Shown: positions 62,830-64,000 of the stretch, piece by piece | Position numbering within the stretch: position 1 is the first letter of the stretch | Layout: each line of letters opens with the position of its first letter | Origin: Longimicrobiales bacterium | GTDB lineage: Bacteria; Gemmatimonadota; Gemmatimonadetes; Longimicrobiales; Gaopeijiaceae | Direction: 5' to 3' | NCBI GenBank assembly: GCA_965238005.1 | Contig: OZ250165.1 | Coordinates: forward strand, 288,001 to 352,000 | DNA length: 64,000 bases | Made by a program: the position numbers and the translations under genes | The notes under the pieces: generated by a model | The model's input: only the letters and a program-made list of their open reading frames with translations | Told to the model about the DNA's origin: nothing | Database searches by the model: none

Positions 62830-63426
62830 CTCGTCGGCTGCAAGAATCCCTCGCGGGTTCGTCAGGCGGCGCCCCGGGCCGCCGCACCTCCTCGCGCTGG
62901 GCCTCCCTCATCGCGCGTATCTATGATGTCCTGCCGCTCGTCTGCCCGGGGCACCGCGCGAAGCGTGGTCGTGGTGCTTCGATGAGCATCATCGCCTTCA
63001 TTACGGATCCCGTTCCCGTTCGCTCCATTCTGTCCTATCTCGATCTCCCCACCCGATCCCCTCCACTGTCTCCCGCTCGGGCCCCGCGGGCACCACGCAA
63101 AGCGTGGTCGGGCATCTTCGAGTTCGATCAGACCGGCGGGTTCGACCCCGCCGATCCGGAACCCATTCCCGACCACGCTTCGCGCGCTGCCCTCCAGTTC
63201 GATCAGTCGCTACCCGACTGAGTGCACCCCTAAATGACTTTATCCCTCTGGTTTGAGGGTCCACCCCGCTCCATCCACCGCTGCCCATCCACGCATGCGC
63301 TCGTCTCGTCCTTGCATGGCCGGACGGCGAGCGTTCACCTTAGCCTGGGTCAGTTTTGCAAGGGGAGGGTCTCGCCCCGCTCAAGCAGGGTACCGCACTC
63401 GGAAAGGGTCCTTAGAATCCCTATCC
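62830..63426 (+). mobile_element. IS91/ISCR-family 3' fragment with oriIS
   Basis: WASLIARIYDVLPLVCP...MSIIAFITDP...SPARAP; ends TTAGAATCCCTATCC. Confidence 0.85.
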
Positions 63427-63429
63427 TTT

Positions 63430-63488
63430 ATCCTTTCAGCCTGGTGGACCCGGACGGCTTCAAAATGACGATCTCTTCGGAAGGTTGA
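63430..63488 (+). pseudogene. VOC/glyoxalase C-terminal stump
   Basis: FSLVDPDGFKMTISSEG*. Confidence 0.55.
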
Positions 63489-63749
63489 GCGGGAAGCCTT
63501 CTGAACGTCCGAGATCGCGGAGCTGGGCGGAGGGATGTAGCCGTAGCCGGGTGCCGTGCGGGACACCGCCGACCTCAACTCTGCCTACCAGCCAGCCGAT
63601 ACGGGGACTATCTTTGTGCGGCTTTCTATGTTTACTGGAGAATTGCGAAAACCGGGGGGCTGCCCGGCGGGCTTGCTAGGGCCCGCGTCACGCGGGGGGG
63701 GGCGATTGTTCTCTTGAGCCATCCCGAGATTCGACCAGTTTCTGGGAGT

Positions 63750-63771
63750 TTGGGGTCCCGCTTGGGGTCCC
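63750..63771. repeat. TTGGGGTCCC tandem pair, putative arm-type sites
   Basis: 63750-63759 and 63762-63771. Confidence 0.5.
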
Positions 63772-64000
63772 AAAGCCCCTTTTCTATGGGCGGCCCCCTG
63801 GCCCTCCCACGCTGGCGGGCGAGGCGAGGCCGACGCGGTTCAAAGCGTCTGCGAAGCGTGGATCCTCGCGGATAGGATCCAACCTGGGGTCAACCTTCAA
63901 GAGCGGGAGACACCCCGCTCGATCCTCGAACGCTCGGTTGAGCCACTCGAAGGCGGCGTCCGGTTCGCCTAAAGTGACATGGGCGCCCGCGATTTCGTAC

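Noticed and set aside
63436..63490. CTGGTG...GGCTTCAAA resembling the tRNA-Sec D arm and anticodon loop
   Set aside because: Anticodon stem does not pair and there is no T arm; it translates as a VOC-family C-terminus
63484..63580. Possible structured RNA or SAM-I riboswitch (GCGGAGGGA...GGTGCC)
   Set aside because: Lacks the GCAACC and ATC/GAT core elements; cannot be supported without a covariance search

Overview
GC-rich bacterial window (gene content suggests a marine, possibly host-associated, Gemmatimonadota/Acidobacteriota-like organism; this is inference only). It is almost entirely mosaic accessory DNA. Left end: tRNA-Pro(GGG) at 6226-6299 with a 29-bp att-like copy at 472-500 bounding a ~5.7-kb islet (IS3-interrupted oxidoreductase, attC-like hairpin, sulfatase). 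6.5-35 kb: unrelated cargo genes, including a DUF3179-type selenoprotein with in-frame UGA and UAG, divergent ilvB / ilvN-ilvC, D-amino-acid oxidase, VPS10/BNR protein, PhoX, DPP-IV, permease and homoserine dehydrogenase. These are separated by gene stumps, and seven IS91/ISCR rolling-circle remnants are spread over the window with no intact transposase. 35-49 kb: decayed integrative/mobilisable elements (VirD4-VirB11-ArdC-Replic_Relax-like module, two convergent tyrosine integrases, mobC/oriT-like remnants, AlpA, methyltransferase fragment). 49.3-59.0 kb: a 9.7-kb segment bounded by IS1595 ends and an 8-bp target duplication, splitting a lipoprotein gene. Right end: IS1182, a DUF6364/PIN toxin-antitoxin pair and an IS91 oriIS end. 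Many frameshifts could be decay or read errors. No CRISPR array or rRNA was seen. Protein calls come from motif recognition, not database searches.
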